NCBI RefSeq assembly: GCF_009914755.1
Contig: NC_060937.1
Reading direction: 5' to 3' (one strand)
DNA: 64,000 bases
From: the human T2T-CHM13v2.0 reference genome, Homo sapiens
Below the pieces are notes generated by a model. That model saw nothing but the letters and a program-made list of their open reading frames with translations. It was not told the DNA's origin and made no database searches. The position numbers and the translations under genes are program-made. Below, piece by piece: positions 1 to 13,485 of the stretch; positions within the stretch are counted from its first letter, which is position 1, and every line of letters begins with the position of its first letter.

Positions 1-39
1 GAGGGCCTCTGTCAGCTCCCTGGGAGGGCAGGAAGAGCT

Positions 40-510
40 GCCTTCGCCCTCCTCCCTCTCCCTCTGTCTCTCTCTCTCGCAAACACACACACACAGACTC
101 AGGAGAGCTGCCCTTCTCATCTGGTCCTCCTTTTCCTCCTTTCCCCCAGCTTCTGCCCTTTATCTTGCTGTTTTCACACTTCCTTCCTCCATCTCTCCTG
201 TGACTCTTTTTCTCTGAATCTCATCTTCTCTTCTATTTCCTCTCGCATAATAAGTGTGATATAAGTATTTGCTATGATTATGATGTCTCCCCCATCTCTT
301 TCTCTCTTTCCCTCTCTCTCTTCCTGTGTCTATCTTTGTAATCTTTCTGTCTCTCTTGGTAACTGGCTATTTCTGTCTCTCACTGGCTCTGTCTATCTCC
401 CTCTCTGTATGTATTTCTCTGTCGTCATCTTTCTGTGTGCATCTATTTCTGTCCCTCTCCTCTGCCTCGTCTGTGGCTCTCTGGCTGGCTCTTCATGTCC
501 CTTAAATCTT
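40..510. repeat. CT-rich low-complexity tract
   Basis: Pyrimidine-rich (tc)n-like runs with a short (ca)n at ~83-95; explains the Leu/Ser-rich ORF 274..576. Confidence 0.7.
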
Positions 511-859
511 CTAAGCCCCTCTGAGGGCTGTGGTCTGAGCACAGGAAGTAATAAGGAGGAGTATGCCCCACCCTGACCCCAGCCACCCCAAATCCTCACC
601 ACAGTGCCTGAGAAGTGGATCCGCTCCCTCTTGGCCCAAGATAAAAATGCATCTCTCTTCTTACAGCCTCTTCCTACAGAGAAAATACTGTTCATGGGGT
701 CCTGCCTGGAAAAACTTCTGGTTGAGGAAGTCATTTTGCGATGCTTGCAAAACAAACTTTCAGAAACCAAATTTCTTGAAACAAAATCTTTGTGGCTGTT
801 TAACTGATTTAGTCTACTGGTAGGCACACAGAATAACTAAGACTAACACGTTTATAGTT

Positions 860-1040
860 AAAGCATTGCACTTTATCTTCACCCTTTCATAATCTACTTT
901 TTGCTACTTCAGCCCACTCTTCTTGTTTCTCAGCATAACCTTTTTGTAGTAGGAGAGGTGCCATTATTATTATCTCCATTTTTAAAAGTGGGAACCGATA
1001 CTCATAAAGATGCGATGATTTGCTCCCTGTCACGGAGTTA
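860..1040 (-). mobile_element. MIR SINE fragment
   Basis: attattatctccatttttaaaagtggg...atgatttgctccctgtcac resembles the MIR core reverse complement. Confidence 0.5.
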
Positions 1041-2700
1041 TTTTCAGTGCCGCAGGGCGCAGAACGCTTATTCCCTAGGGACCATGAGCCCCTCTCGCGC
1101 CCCTCCATGCCCCTGTCAGCTCTAGGGCTCTGTGATTTCCACCAGAAATCCCAAACATCTCCCACCAAACCTGCCCAAGGGAGACTCTTTGTGGCTTTTT
1201 CGCACATCGTGTCCTTTGTAAGTCATCGTTCCCGCTGCACACGCGCCCACCATCTCCAGGCTGAACGGCTCAGAGATTTAATCACGTTCTCGGACTCAGG
1301 CCATGGCAGTGAATCTTGGAGCCACGCGGCCGGAGCTGCAGCAGAAACCCTGGCAACGGAAGGAGCTCTCTGAGGGTTTGGTGGAATAAATTACTCAAAC
1401 ACTTGCATTTCTACAAAAGTAGTGACACTTAATTCCTGCTATGATATTAGGATAAACAAAATGTCATCTGCCGCATTGTCCTTGCCCATCCAAATCTTAT
1501 CTTCTTTTTCCGTGTAAGTAATTGGGGGAAAAAAATTACAGAAACCTTCTGGAGTATTATCGTATTAGGATCCGATTTTAACCAGAATGCTGAAAATTTC
1601 ATACTGAAGGCAAGTGCATAGTTGCCGTAAATGCAGGCGAACTTCAAGGTGAAGGAACTCCCCTGTACAATCGCGAATGCAAATGTTTAAAGCCACTCAA
1701 CAATTTTCCCCTTGCAGCTGCCCGTTTTATCTCTTGCAAAACTAGTAATGATACAAGCAGTTGATTATGGTTTACAATAGCAATAAACCTCTCAGAATTG
1801 GTTGTTTCCAAAATAAATAGCCATTCTGTTAAATGTTAAATAACAAGTCATAAACTGCTGAAAACAACCAATTTCTTGTGGATTATTGCCTGAATAAATT
1901 TCAGCAGGAACGGCAGATCATTAAGCTGTGAGCGTCACAGATCAAAACCGTTGGATTAAAAAAAAATCAATCAATTAACTTAAATCCATCCAAAGGAATT
2001 CCCATTTTACAAACCAAGTCACACCACACATTTTTACATCTTCTTTTGAGCTTTTCCTTTGCTGGTCATGGTTAGCTTGATTCTGGCCAAAATCTTTTCA
2101 TTCTTTTTCAGAGATTAAAGCATACCTAACCTGGGTGGTTAAATTGGCTCATTCTGAGAGCATGCAGCTTTCCTCAGCTGCATTTTCTACAAGTCTCCAT
2201 CTACAGTGTTCCAATTGATAAAACACAGACCTGTCCACTAAGTTAAACATTTGAGTCAAGGCTCAGTGGCAAATATATATTCAAACTGCAGCTCTAATAG
2301 AGGCTGTTCTGGTAAGAGAAGCCAACTTCATCGGGATGATTGACAGAAGATTCCTCGCCATAGCAACCAGGGTTATCTCTCTGGAATAACAACATTAACC
2401 TCCTTCATAACCAGTTTTTCATCCCTGAATATAAAAGGCAGCTGCATGCATCTTGTATGATCCTTTTTTTTTATTTTTGAATGAACAGTTAGCACTTCTA
2501 TATAAATGGGACAAGATGCAGCAAAATCAAATTAATTTTGAATTCCTCTTGAAAAAAAGCATGGCAATGGATCTTGTAGGCAGAACAGTTAGAGCAGGAA
2601 GGGTTCCTGTCTCTTCTGAGCATAGGGCAGTAGCAGTGAGATTTCTAGTCATCTACTGCCTCTGAAATAGCCTCCTGCATTGATTTGCTTTCTGCTGCTG
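1030..2700. promoter_or_regulatory. Candidate developmental enhancer: CpG-rich patch followed by repeat-free homeodomain-motif block
   Basis: 19 CpGs counted in 1033-1368; ATCAATCA (PBX-type) 1966-1973; TGATTGACAG (PBX-MEIS/PREP decamer) 2337-2346; RFX-like ctcgccatagcaac 2354-2367; no recognisable repeat. Confidence 0.35.
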
Positions 2701-2779
2701 TGGAGGGTGGGAAGGGGCAAATAATTTGTTTCTTGTTTTGTTCCTGTCTTATTCTTTGTCCTCACAACTCCCAACGCAT

Positions 2780-2780
<1 letters not shown>

Positions 2781-2816
<36 letters not shown>
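2781..2816. repeat. (CA)18 microsatellite
   Basis: Perfect CA run read directly. Confidence 0.95.
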
Positions 2817-2817
<1 letters not shown>

Positions 2818-3788
2818 CCACACACATCTTAGAGGCTCTCAGGTGCAAGGCAATGAATGGTCTATGGGAAAATGGTGGGAAAATGCATATTCTTTCTGAA
2901 AAAAAATGTATATTCCATCGCTTTTTTTGAAAGAAATTGCTAAATGGACCCCAAACCATCTCCTCTGACTTATATCTAATGTTTTGTGAAAGCCGTGGAC
3001 ATTGGTGCCTTGAAATGTCACTGAAGCCTCTCACCAGCCCCTCACAGAGGTGCTGTGCCATGCTCTGGACCTGACTTCTCATGCCAGTCTCTGCAAGTAG
3101 CAAGCATGGCACTCAAGCCACAGGGAATAAAAACTGTGACAAGGAAAGACAGACTGTCCACCTGGTTGGACCACTGCCAAGTCATGTCCTTCCCTGTGTC
3201 ATTCCATCTAGGATATTTTTCCCATTGGCACCAACTTCATTGCAATTGCCACCTTGAAAAGTGGAGCCCTCTTGGTTGAGGCTTCTGTGTCACTCAAGGT
3301 CACAATCTTGTTGCTCAAGGCCCTGGTTGTAACCTCAAAGAACGTCAGTCCTCTGCTGAGGAAAGAGGCTGAGCAGGGAAAAGGTGCCACCTGGGCCCAA
3401 GCAAGGGGAACCTGGGAACATGGCATTTACAAAGTGCAGGACAGCGTGGGGCCTCAGAGGGGAAAGTGGTCATTCAGCAGAAACACTCGGGTGAATCTCT
3501 GGCCTGATCTCTATGTAAGCAGACAAACTAGCCAAAAGGCATGACTGGTGGATTTCAAAAGATGTTCTGTGAAGAAATGTTATTTCTGAGTTGGAAGTAG
3601 GAGGAACTCTTTGAGATCCCCACTGTATTACACAAATGTTGACAGCCTCCTCAGATTCCTTCAAAGCCACCTTACTTCCAAAGCTGCTGCCTGCCCCTCA
3701 CACCCCTCACCCCACCAACAGCATCACTGTCTTTGCCAAGCCCTGGAACTGCCTGGAATCCAGTTGGGGCCCTGAGTCTGTGTGACCC

Positions 3789-4433
3789 TGTTACCAGAAA
3801 GGGGTCTCAATTCAGACCCCAAGAGAGGGTTCTTGGATCTTGCACAAGAAAGAATTTGGGGTGAGTTCATGGAGTAAAGTGAAAGCAAGTTTATTAGAGA
3901 AGTAAAGAAACAAAAGAATGGCTACTCCATAGGCAGAGCAGTGGCATGGGCTGCTTGACTGAGTACACTTATGTTTATTTCTTGATGATATGCTGAACAA
4001 GGGGTGGGTTATTCACGAATTTTCCAGGAAAGGGGTGGGCAATTCCTGGAACTGAGGGTTCCTCCACTTTTTAGACCATATAGGGTAACTTCCCAGTGTT
4101 GCCATGGCACTTGTAAACTGTCATGGCGCTGATGGGAGTGTCTTTTAGCACACAAATATCACAATTAATATATAATGAGCAGTGAGGATGACCAGAGGTC
4201 ACTTCCATCACTATCTTGGGTTTGGTGGGTTTTGGCTGGCTTCTTTACTGCGTCCTGTTTTACCAGCAGGGGCTTTTTGACTTGTATCCTTTCATACTAG
4301 TCCTGCCAACCTCCTATCTCATCCTGTGACTAAGAATGCCTGATCTCCTGGGAATGCAGCCCAGCAGGTCTCATCCTCATTTTACCCAACTCCTATTCAA
4401 GATGGAGTCACTCTGGTTTGAATACTTCTGATA
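3789..4433 (-). mobile_element. MER41B-like solo LTR (ERV1)
   Basis: Begins tgttaccagaaaggggtc and ends ctgata, matching the MER41 reverse complement along its length; 4-bp TSD accc at 3785-3788 and 4434-4437. Confidence 0.9.
4022..4051. promoter_or_regulatory. Tandem GAS (STAT1) motifs in the MER41 LTR
   Basis: TTCCAGGAA 4022-4030 and TTCCTGGAA 4043-4051 both fit TTCN3GAA. Confidence 0.65.
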
Positions 4434-5494
4434 ACCCCATCCCCACTGCTGAGCATCCTCATTCCTGGTCACTTTTCCACTCCAGGATTTGGATAAAATA
4501 CCACAGCCATGGGCATGGGACCTGGCCTCCTGAGCAGCTCCTGAGGAGCCAGATGATACCCAGAAATGCAAGGTGTTACCTCCATGGTGTGTGAACCTGA
4601 ACCAAGGTAACTGGAGGTGGAGAGTATGTCCTCCCTCCACCCTGAGGTGTGATTCAACCTGGCTAATCTTCTGCAGAAGTCCCATGAGCTGAGCGGACAC
4701 ACTCAGGGCAGTTTGTGTCTCTAGCCACTCACCAAGAAGCAGCATCTAGAGCAGCACCATTGCATCACCTTGATCCTCATCTTTCCTGCCTTTCCTCCTC
4801 TTTCTTTCCTCACCTCTCCAAGGTTACACCTCTCCAATAAAGCAGCCGCACTGTAATCCTTGCCTCAGCCTCTGTGTGGAGGACGGGGCTAGGAAAACTA
4901 GCTACATGAGTCATACTCAGAGCTCCTCCCTGTGGCAAGCATTTTAGGTAAAGGAGTAGGTGGTGAAAATCATGGCCTTTCTCTACGAATCAGTCCAAAG
5001 ACTCTCCCCTTCATTTGCTAAATGACCCCTGATGTTACAGCCACCTCTGGAAGCTGCAAGTTTCCCAAAAGCTGAGGTTGAGGAAGGGTCGGTTGGTTAA
5101 TTGTTTTTAAGAAGCAGTGTAATGGACCTTATTACTTAATTGACAAAGGGCTTGACTGGTGGAAAATGAAGCCTCCTTGCCTCCAAGATGTTGCAATTAG
5201 TTTTCTTTAAAACAGAAAAGAAATGTTCCTGAATAATCAAAAGAACAATAGCAATAGTAGCAACACCCCAAGTTACAAATTGCCTGGGCTATTGGCCTCC
5301 TTTAAACACACACATAGGGGGCATTGCTTTTTCCTGTCCAGAGGAAAGAAAGCTGATGCTCTTCCCCTCTCACTCAATGCCCTCCTCACAAAGTCTTGCT
5401 GACCCTGCCTCGTGTAAATATTTCATTATTTACGGGTGTGTTGGTTTATTCACGCACCTGCCCAGCCATCCTGTGATCTCTCTGTTTGTGTGGA

Positions 5495-5610
5495 GCCTGT
5501 GTGTGACTAGTTGGTTGCAGCTGGTGCTAATGAGGCCAAAGCCTGGGTTCAATCCCCAAGGGGGCCAGTTAACTTCACCTGCTCCGTGGCTAGAGGCTGC
5601 ACTCAACAGC
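5495..5610 (+). mobile_element. tRNA-Ile(AAT)-derived SINE head, MamSINE1-like
   Basis: agttggttgcagctggtgctaatgaggccaaagcctgggttcaatcccc...gggcca resembles tRNA-Ile; continues gttaacttcacctgctccgtggc as in MamSINE1; too degenerate to be a tRNA gene. Confidence 0.6.
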
Positions 5611-6044
5611 TCTGAATGGAGCTTGTGTTGTGTGTACTGGGCGACAGGCACAGGGGTAGAGGGAAGGGAGGAGATGGTTCAGCATGTGGTCCCCATGTCT
5701 GCTGGAGAAACAGCCACAGCCCTTGGCACCTTCCACCCCTGCAAAGGTCAGCACTGTGTTTCTTGTTTTTTTTCCCCCTAAGATTACTTCTTTTATCCTA
5801 AGGTTAGAGGACGTGGGCATGTATGTTTTAAAATTTCCCCTTTTTATTTAATTGGCAAGTATTATGTCTTATGAGTTAAAGAGTAAGGCACATTTTTTTG
5901 GCCTCAATTCCTTTGGGCATCCATTATTCATTTACTAGAACACACAGCCTACTGGAGAGGTGCATCTGTGGACATCAGAAAAAAAAAAACTAGGAGGAGT
6001 TACAGATTGTGGCATAAGGTTTGGTGAAAATATTCAAGAAAAAA

Positions 6045-7370
6045 ATTATTCACTCAACAAATACTTATTGACTGCCTATTATGTCTCAGGCACTACACTA
6101 AAGATACAATAGTGAACAAAATAGATTTTAAAATTTCTGCTCTATGGAGCTTAAATTCCAGAGGGAGAAGGTGGTGCAATAGATAGTAAATAAGAAAAAG
6201 GTAGTAAAAAATATGTATTTTACATAACCATAATTTTGAAGAAGAATAGAGCAGGAAATGGACAGAAGTCACTAGGAAGGGTACTCCAACTATAATAGGA
6301 TGGTTAAGGTAGACCTCAGTGAAAAATGATGTTAGGGCAAGGACCTGAAGTAAGGGAGAGTGAGCTGCGTAGCTAGCAGAGGGAAGAGCAAAGGTGAGAA
6401 GGGCAAGGAGGGAGCATGCATAGTGCCTGGTATGTTTGAGGAACAGCCGGGCGGGGGTGCAGTGTGGCTGAGGCAGAGGGAGTGAGGGAGAGGCGATGTT
6501 CCTGAACTGAACTGGGGTGTGCTCACCTGCTGCAATAAGATCAAACATCCACACAGAGGTTTGCAGAGGGAGAAAGGAGGGCATTTATTTGCAGGGCACC
6601 AGGCAATGTTGATTGGGCAGCTCATGCTTAAGACCTGAACCCTTGCAAAGGTTTGCAAGCGAGGGTTTTTAAAGGCAAGGGAAATTTTCAGGAAAACAAG
6701 TTAATACAGGCAAATTTAAATCAAGGCATGGAGGTTATACATTGGTTTGGCCTAAGAAGGTGGGACACCTTGAAGCGGGGCCTTTACACGTCATAGGTGG
6801 GTTCACAGATTTTCTGATTTGCAATTGGTTAAGGAAAAGAAGCTTTGTTTAAAAATGTGGGGTTAGCAGAAAAGAACGTTAGCTCTGGCTCACAGGTGTG
6901 ACTTCTTCCAGGCCCATCAGGAAGAAAGAACGAAGAGCAGTGGTCGGAGTTCAGTCCCCGGTTCCCCCTTATCCAAGGTCTGTGTGCCAGCAGATACATT
7001 TGGTGGGGGTCCAGGTTTTGAAAACAACTCAGGGACATACGTTAAGAATTAATCTTTAGTTTCTATAGGGAACCAAACATCCCATGACTCTAATTTCCTT
7101 GGCTATTGTTTTAGGCTACTATTACCTTCTTGCTGATCAAATTGCTCATTTACTTCTCAGGGCCAGCTAAGTGCCTGCAATCTGAAGGAACTTAAGATTT
7201 TTCATTTCCATGCTTGTGGTAGTGAGGGGGGCACAGGCCCCTAAGAGGGGTCCCTGCTCCATCTCAGGATGGGAGATGCAGCCAAGAAAAAAGGGAGGAA
7301 GGAGAATCAGGTGGCGTCTACAGGCCCTTGCAAAAGCTTTGGCTTCTTTCTCAAAAAGTTAGAAAAGGCT
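6045..7370 (-). mobile_element. L2 LINE 3' fragment, interrupted by an LTR
   Basis: ttcactcaacaaatacttattgactgcctattatgt L2 tail; L2-like sequence resumes after 7266. Confidence 0.7.
6497..7266 (-). mobile_element. ERV1-class solo LTR (family uncertain)
   Basis: TG...CA termini; the reverse strand starts tgagatggagcagggacccctcttaggggcctg, typical of ERV1 LTRs; interrupts the L2. Confidence 0.65.
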
Positions 7371-8300
7371 TCCTCAAAGATGTTGCTTCTGAGTCGGGTC
7401 CCAGGAGCTGATTAGTGTTAACTCATTCATCTGCACTCCGGCTGAAGCAGGTGTTGCCAGACTGACCGTGTAATTTGGTAGTTAACATGTGTGTACCAGG
7501 CTGTGTTTTCAGACTTGAAGACAGAGTGGAGTTAGCATCTGCTCCTACCCCTCCCTCACCCACCCCATCCCCACGCACTCATACACACTACCGGCCTGGG
7601 AGTCATATGAAGCTTATATGGTCCCACCATGGGGGCCCACACAAGGACCGGGATTAGTTTGCCCACCAGCCAGGCAGGTGGGGGCTCAGAACAGATAAAG
7701 ATTTGTATTATTTCTTGAGCCACAGTTATAGATGTCAGCTCATGCTTGCTAAAGAAACAAATGAAAATTAACTGGCAAGGCAACCCCAGGGCAACTGAAT
7801 GAGGGAGAAAGCAAACACTCCCCGGGTTCCAAGCAGGAAGGAGCCACATGGGGGCTACTTTGGGGGCATGGAGGAAAAGGTAATTATAGAACACTTTGAG
7901 GAGCAGATAAGATTTGAGTGGGTCTTGAAGCACAGGTGAGTGTGAATCTTCAAATGGGAGGGAGAGCATGACAAGTCATTGTTCCTTTGTGAGGGGCGGT
8001 AGGAATTTTTGGAAATGTTCAGGAGTCAGGAAGAGGACCATCTAGGCTAGAATGGAGTGGCTGTGTAGGAAAAGGGCTGGCAGAGAGTGAGGCAGATTGT
8101 GGAAGTCCCGGAATGCCAGCTGGAAAAGTTTGGACTTTTGCTGAGGGTGATTCTCTGCTTTGGATGGCAGGACTGTAGCAGACAGAACCATGTCTGTTCC
8201 CATATGCATATAAGTATGTGTGTGGTAGCCTCGCCAGATATAAAATGCAAGGGAAACTCTGTTAAGTTTGGATTTCAGATCAACAACAAATAAGTTTTCA

Positions 8301-9324
<1,024 letters not shown>

Positions 9325-10149
9325 AAACAATGTGCAATTTTTAAGTATAATTACATCTTGCAATATTTGGGATGTAGTTATGCTAAAAAAAATTCATCAC
9401 TCATTTGAAATTCAAATTTAACTGGACATGCTGTATTTTTATTTGCTAAGTCTGGCCATCAGTATGTGATGCTGAATAAATGCTACTTACCAGTGCTGTG
9501 AACTCCAGGGCAGAGCTCCCTCCTGTTACACTAACTAGCCTGGAGAGTTCCGCCACCAGAGAGCCAATTTCTCGGCCGCCTTTGGGTGCTGACTCAGCTC
9601 TCTGATGACCCAAGTTTATGAGTTACCTGTGAGAATATCTGGGCCCCCAGTTTTCTCAAGAGTCAGCCCCAGATCCCCAATTCTGCCTCTCAAAATCGAG
9701 GAATAGGAGCCCTGGCTTTTTCCAGCAGCAGCTGGAATCAATAAGCAGCCCTGATGTGTGGGGTGGGCTGGAACACAGCCTGCTACCTTGAGCCCTGCAG
9801 TATTGATCGCACAGGCAGCTGTCTGTAAACCAAGCAGGCATGCTGAAATGGGGTAGTGTTGTCAGCCTTCACTTTCATAGGGATGACTCTTCAGATTTCT
9901 CTCAAAGCCTGTCGGGCTCAAAGGGAAAACCAGCAAGTTCTTTTTTTTCACTAATGTAATGCCTTGGGGAGCTGCCGCATTACATTCTTTTTTTCTTTTT
10001 TCTTTTTTAGTGCAAAGTTGTGGGGGTGGAAGGCAGAAACCACAACAATCCTCTCTCTTTTGGGACTCTCTCTCTTAAATGTGGTCCATCATTCAGTTTT
10101 AATAACTGAAGCACAAAATATGAAAACTAAAAAAAGTCATTTTTTATCG

Positions 10150-10360
10150 AAAGCCTCAAATGTACTGGGCATGAGAGCGAGCAGTTTGTATGTCTTGTGG
10201 TGTTTTATGCTTCTAATGATTCTCTGAGATTGATATTTATTACTATTCCCATTTTACAGATTCAGAAATGGAGGCTCACCCAGGCTAAGTAATTTGCTCA
10301 GGGCCGTGCGTCCCGCAGTGAGTCTGCTATGGTCGAAACCCAGGTCTGTTTGACATCTAA
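10150..10360 (-). mobile_element. MIR SINE
   Basis: tattcccattttacagattcagaaatggaggctc...gtaatttgctcagggcc...gaaacccaggtctg MIR core. Confidence 0.8.
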
Positions 10361-11979
10361 CACTACTGTCTGCTCAATGAGCCCAAGACATTGCAAACAC
10401 TGCTGGCTTGTCATCCTAGCTTGTCCTTTTAGATTCCTGAGTGATGAACATCCTCTGAGAAACTGTCCCTGGTTGCTCTGAAAAAAGCCGGGTACCTCCC
10501 TCTGCTCTCAGATGACTTTCTTCCCACCTGTGTGTTGTAGAACCTCCCTGTGGGGCTGTAAAAACACATCCACCTTTCTGTGTCCTCATTAATCCACAAG
10601 GTCCTCCAGGGCAGCGGCAAAATTGTTTTTCTACCAAGTGTGCTCCTCTCTAGCTGCAGGGACTAGACTATCGTTTAGCACACAAGCTCTATAAATATCT
10701 GCTCGTGGTTATTACTGTTTTGAAATCTCTTTTCCCATTTGTTTAGGGAGCTTCAAGGATGCTGTCCTGTCACCATGTTTCATTGTGATGCCGGTCTTCT
10801 GCGTTCTTACCTATGTTTTTTACACCGAATTTTGTATTGGCCTGTCCTCATTGAGGACTCATCTGGCTGGTCCATACCAATATTAACAGAAAGTTCTTCC
10901 ATGGTTGAATGACTGAACAAGTATGGTTGCCATGATGACTATATTTGCACAAATCCAAGTTGGTCTTCTCAATGGTTCTTCCTATAATTTGGTAGAAGGG
11001 TATAGAGGTAAATGAACCCAATGGGTAGCCAAATTCCTGCACCTGGGATCTCAAGGTCAATGTTTTTTTTTATCACAGTGATATAGGGTGTCTCTTGGAG
11101 ACTCAAGAGAAAGAGGGTTGTCAATGAGAGAGGGTAAAAGATGACAGAGTGGCTTTGATCCTACCTTCTCACAAAAGCTTCTTAGAAAAGTCAACCTACT
11201 TTTGAGAGGAGCACAGGTTCTCACAAAACCCCTTCCAGGAAGTAGAGAAGCAAACTTTGCCATGATTCTGCTACCAGGAGTAAACATGTGATCCCACATG
11301 TACTCTGCCCCTTCAGGGATGAAAGAGCTATGAAGCTGATGGTTGATCCTCAGGGACAGACATTGGCTGAGAGGACTTGATGGATTTCAGATCTGCCCAC
11401 CTGAAGCCCAAACGCTGAGGAAGTCTCTAAATGGGGATTATAGCATTTAAACATTTTTTATCTTTATGTTCTTCTGCAGGTCTGAGGCCCTTCAGACTAA
11501 CAGTGATCCCCCTGTCACATTAATTCTTCTCACATAGACTGTTTTTCTTATAGGTCCTATCTGGGGCAAAGATGACTATGACAGAAATCTCAGCTTGTTC
11601 TTGCTGACAGAGTTAAATTTGGTCTGTGTTTGCTCTGCACAAGAAGAAAGCCTGAACTGTGCTGAACAACTGTCTTGAGGGCACGTCCAGAGCCACGTTT
11701 GTCTCTCTCATGTTCCTCCTTTTATTGTTTTTGTTCCTGTACATATTTCAGTGATGTCAGGATTTTTTTTAAGCCTCCACCTTAGGGGAAGCTCAAGAAA
11801 TGGTCTGTGTTAGCACTGGTGAGGCCAAGACAGTTTTATGCATATAAGCCTGGCTGTTTGTTGATCCCTTGGAATGAGAAACCAATTGGAATATCCTGGC
11901 TGTGAGAAATATAACCCTTGACCAGCCAAAGTCATTTGTCTGCCTTCCCTGTTGAAAGAAGCACATTTAAAATTTCTCA

Positions 11980-12424
<445 letters not shown>

Positions 12425-13337
12425 GGGGGCATGGGTTATTCAAGGGATTGTTGAGTTGTTTATACATGATCTATACCTTGGAGTAGGTTTTGGATGCATT
12501 TTGCTCCACATCCCGAATGAGGGGTTTGAAGGTTGAACTGCTATGTTGATTTAATGCTGTGGTTGCTAGGGAGGAGGCCCCAGAAAAGTTCAGAATGTTA
12601 AAATCAAGTGTTAAAATATGCTGGGAGGAAATGCAGAACAGTTCTCAATTTCCATCATGAGAGCTTTATAGATAGTTACTGGAAGAAAAAAAACCTCCAA
12701 AAATTAAAGTCAGAGATTTATATTTTGTACACATTTTGAATTTTGGAGAATGTTACTTCTTCCTCCAGAGATCTTGTTTTGCTTTTTAAATTAGCCAGGT
12801 TTTATGAAATACATTCCCTAAGGAACGCTGAAGAAATTTCCAATCAAGATTCTTAGTTTCTAGTGCTTTGAGGGCAACAATTGTACCCAAAAAATTTCTC
12901 TCTTTCTTAGAATCTGCCACTTCCAGAGGCCTGTGCTTGGAAGGCAGGTGACCAAGTGGCATTTGGGTACCTTGCTGGAGAATGGATGTTAGCACCTGCT
13001 CTGGGGTAACTAGGGTTGCCAGTCCTGCTGGGCAATTGGTTATGCATCTGTTGCAGCTGTACACTTTGCGAAAGATGGATGATGGGGCATGACTGCAGAA
13101 ACCTTAGAAATTAAAAAAGATATATTTTATATATATCATCAGGGAGATCTTGAGAATTTGCCATTCAGAGTATGACCGGGAGAAACAAGACTATTTTGAA
13201 TCCACAGGTTCAAATACAGCATAGAAGATGCAGGAAGTGGTATTTGGCCTGATGTTTCTCTCAATGTCATTGACAACAACAAGGATATATGCTAAAACCA
13301 GATGGCAGTGCCTTCCTGATTTCTACTGAGGAAAGCT

Positions 13338-13485
13338 GTGCTTCTCGAATGCTAATGTGTATATGAATCACCAGAGGATTGTATTAAATTGCAGATTTTG
13401 GTTCAGTAAGTTTGGGTAGAGCCTGAGATTCTTGCTTCTTGAGCTCCCAGGTGATGTTGAAGCTACAGGGGCAGGATCCACCTCC
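13338..13485. mobile_element. MER5-like hAT-Charlie remnant
   Basis: gaatcaccagagg...aaattgcagattttggttcagtaagtttgggtagagcctgagattc...gagctcccaggtgatg. Confidence 0.65.

Noticed and set aside
274-827. Overlapping 67-144 aa ORFs
   Set aside because: Low-complexity CT tract; no recognisable protein similarity.
5495-5570. Functional tRNA-Ile gene
   Set aside because: Acceptor and D stems are degenerate, and the sequence continues as a SINE body.
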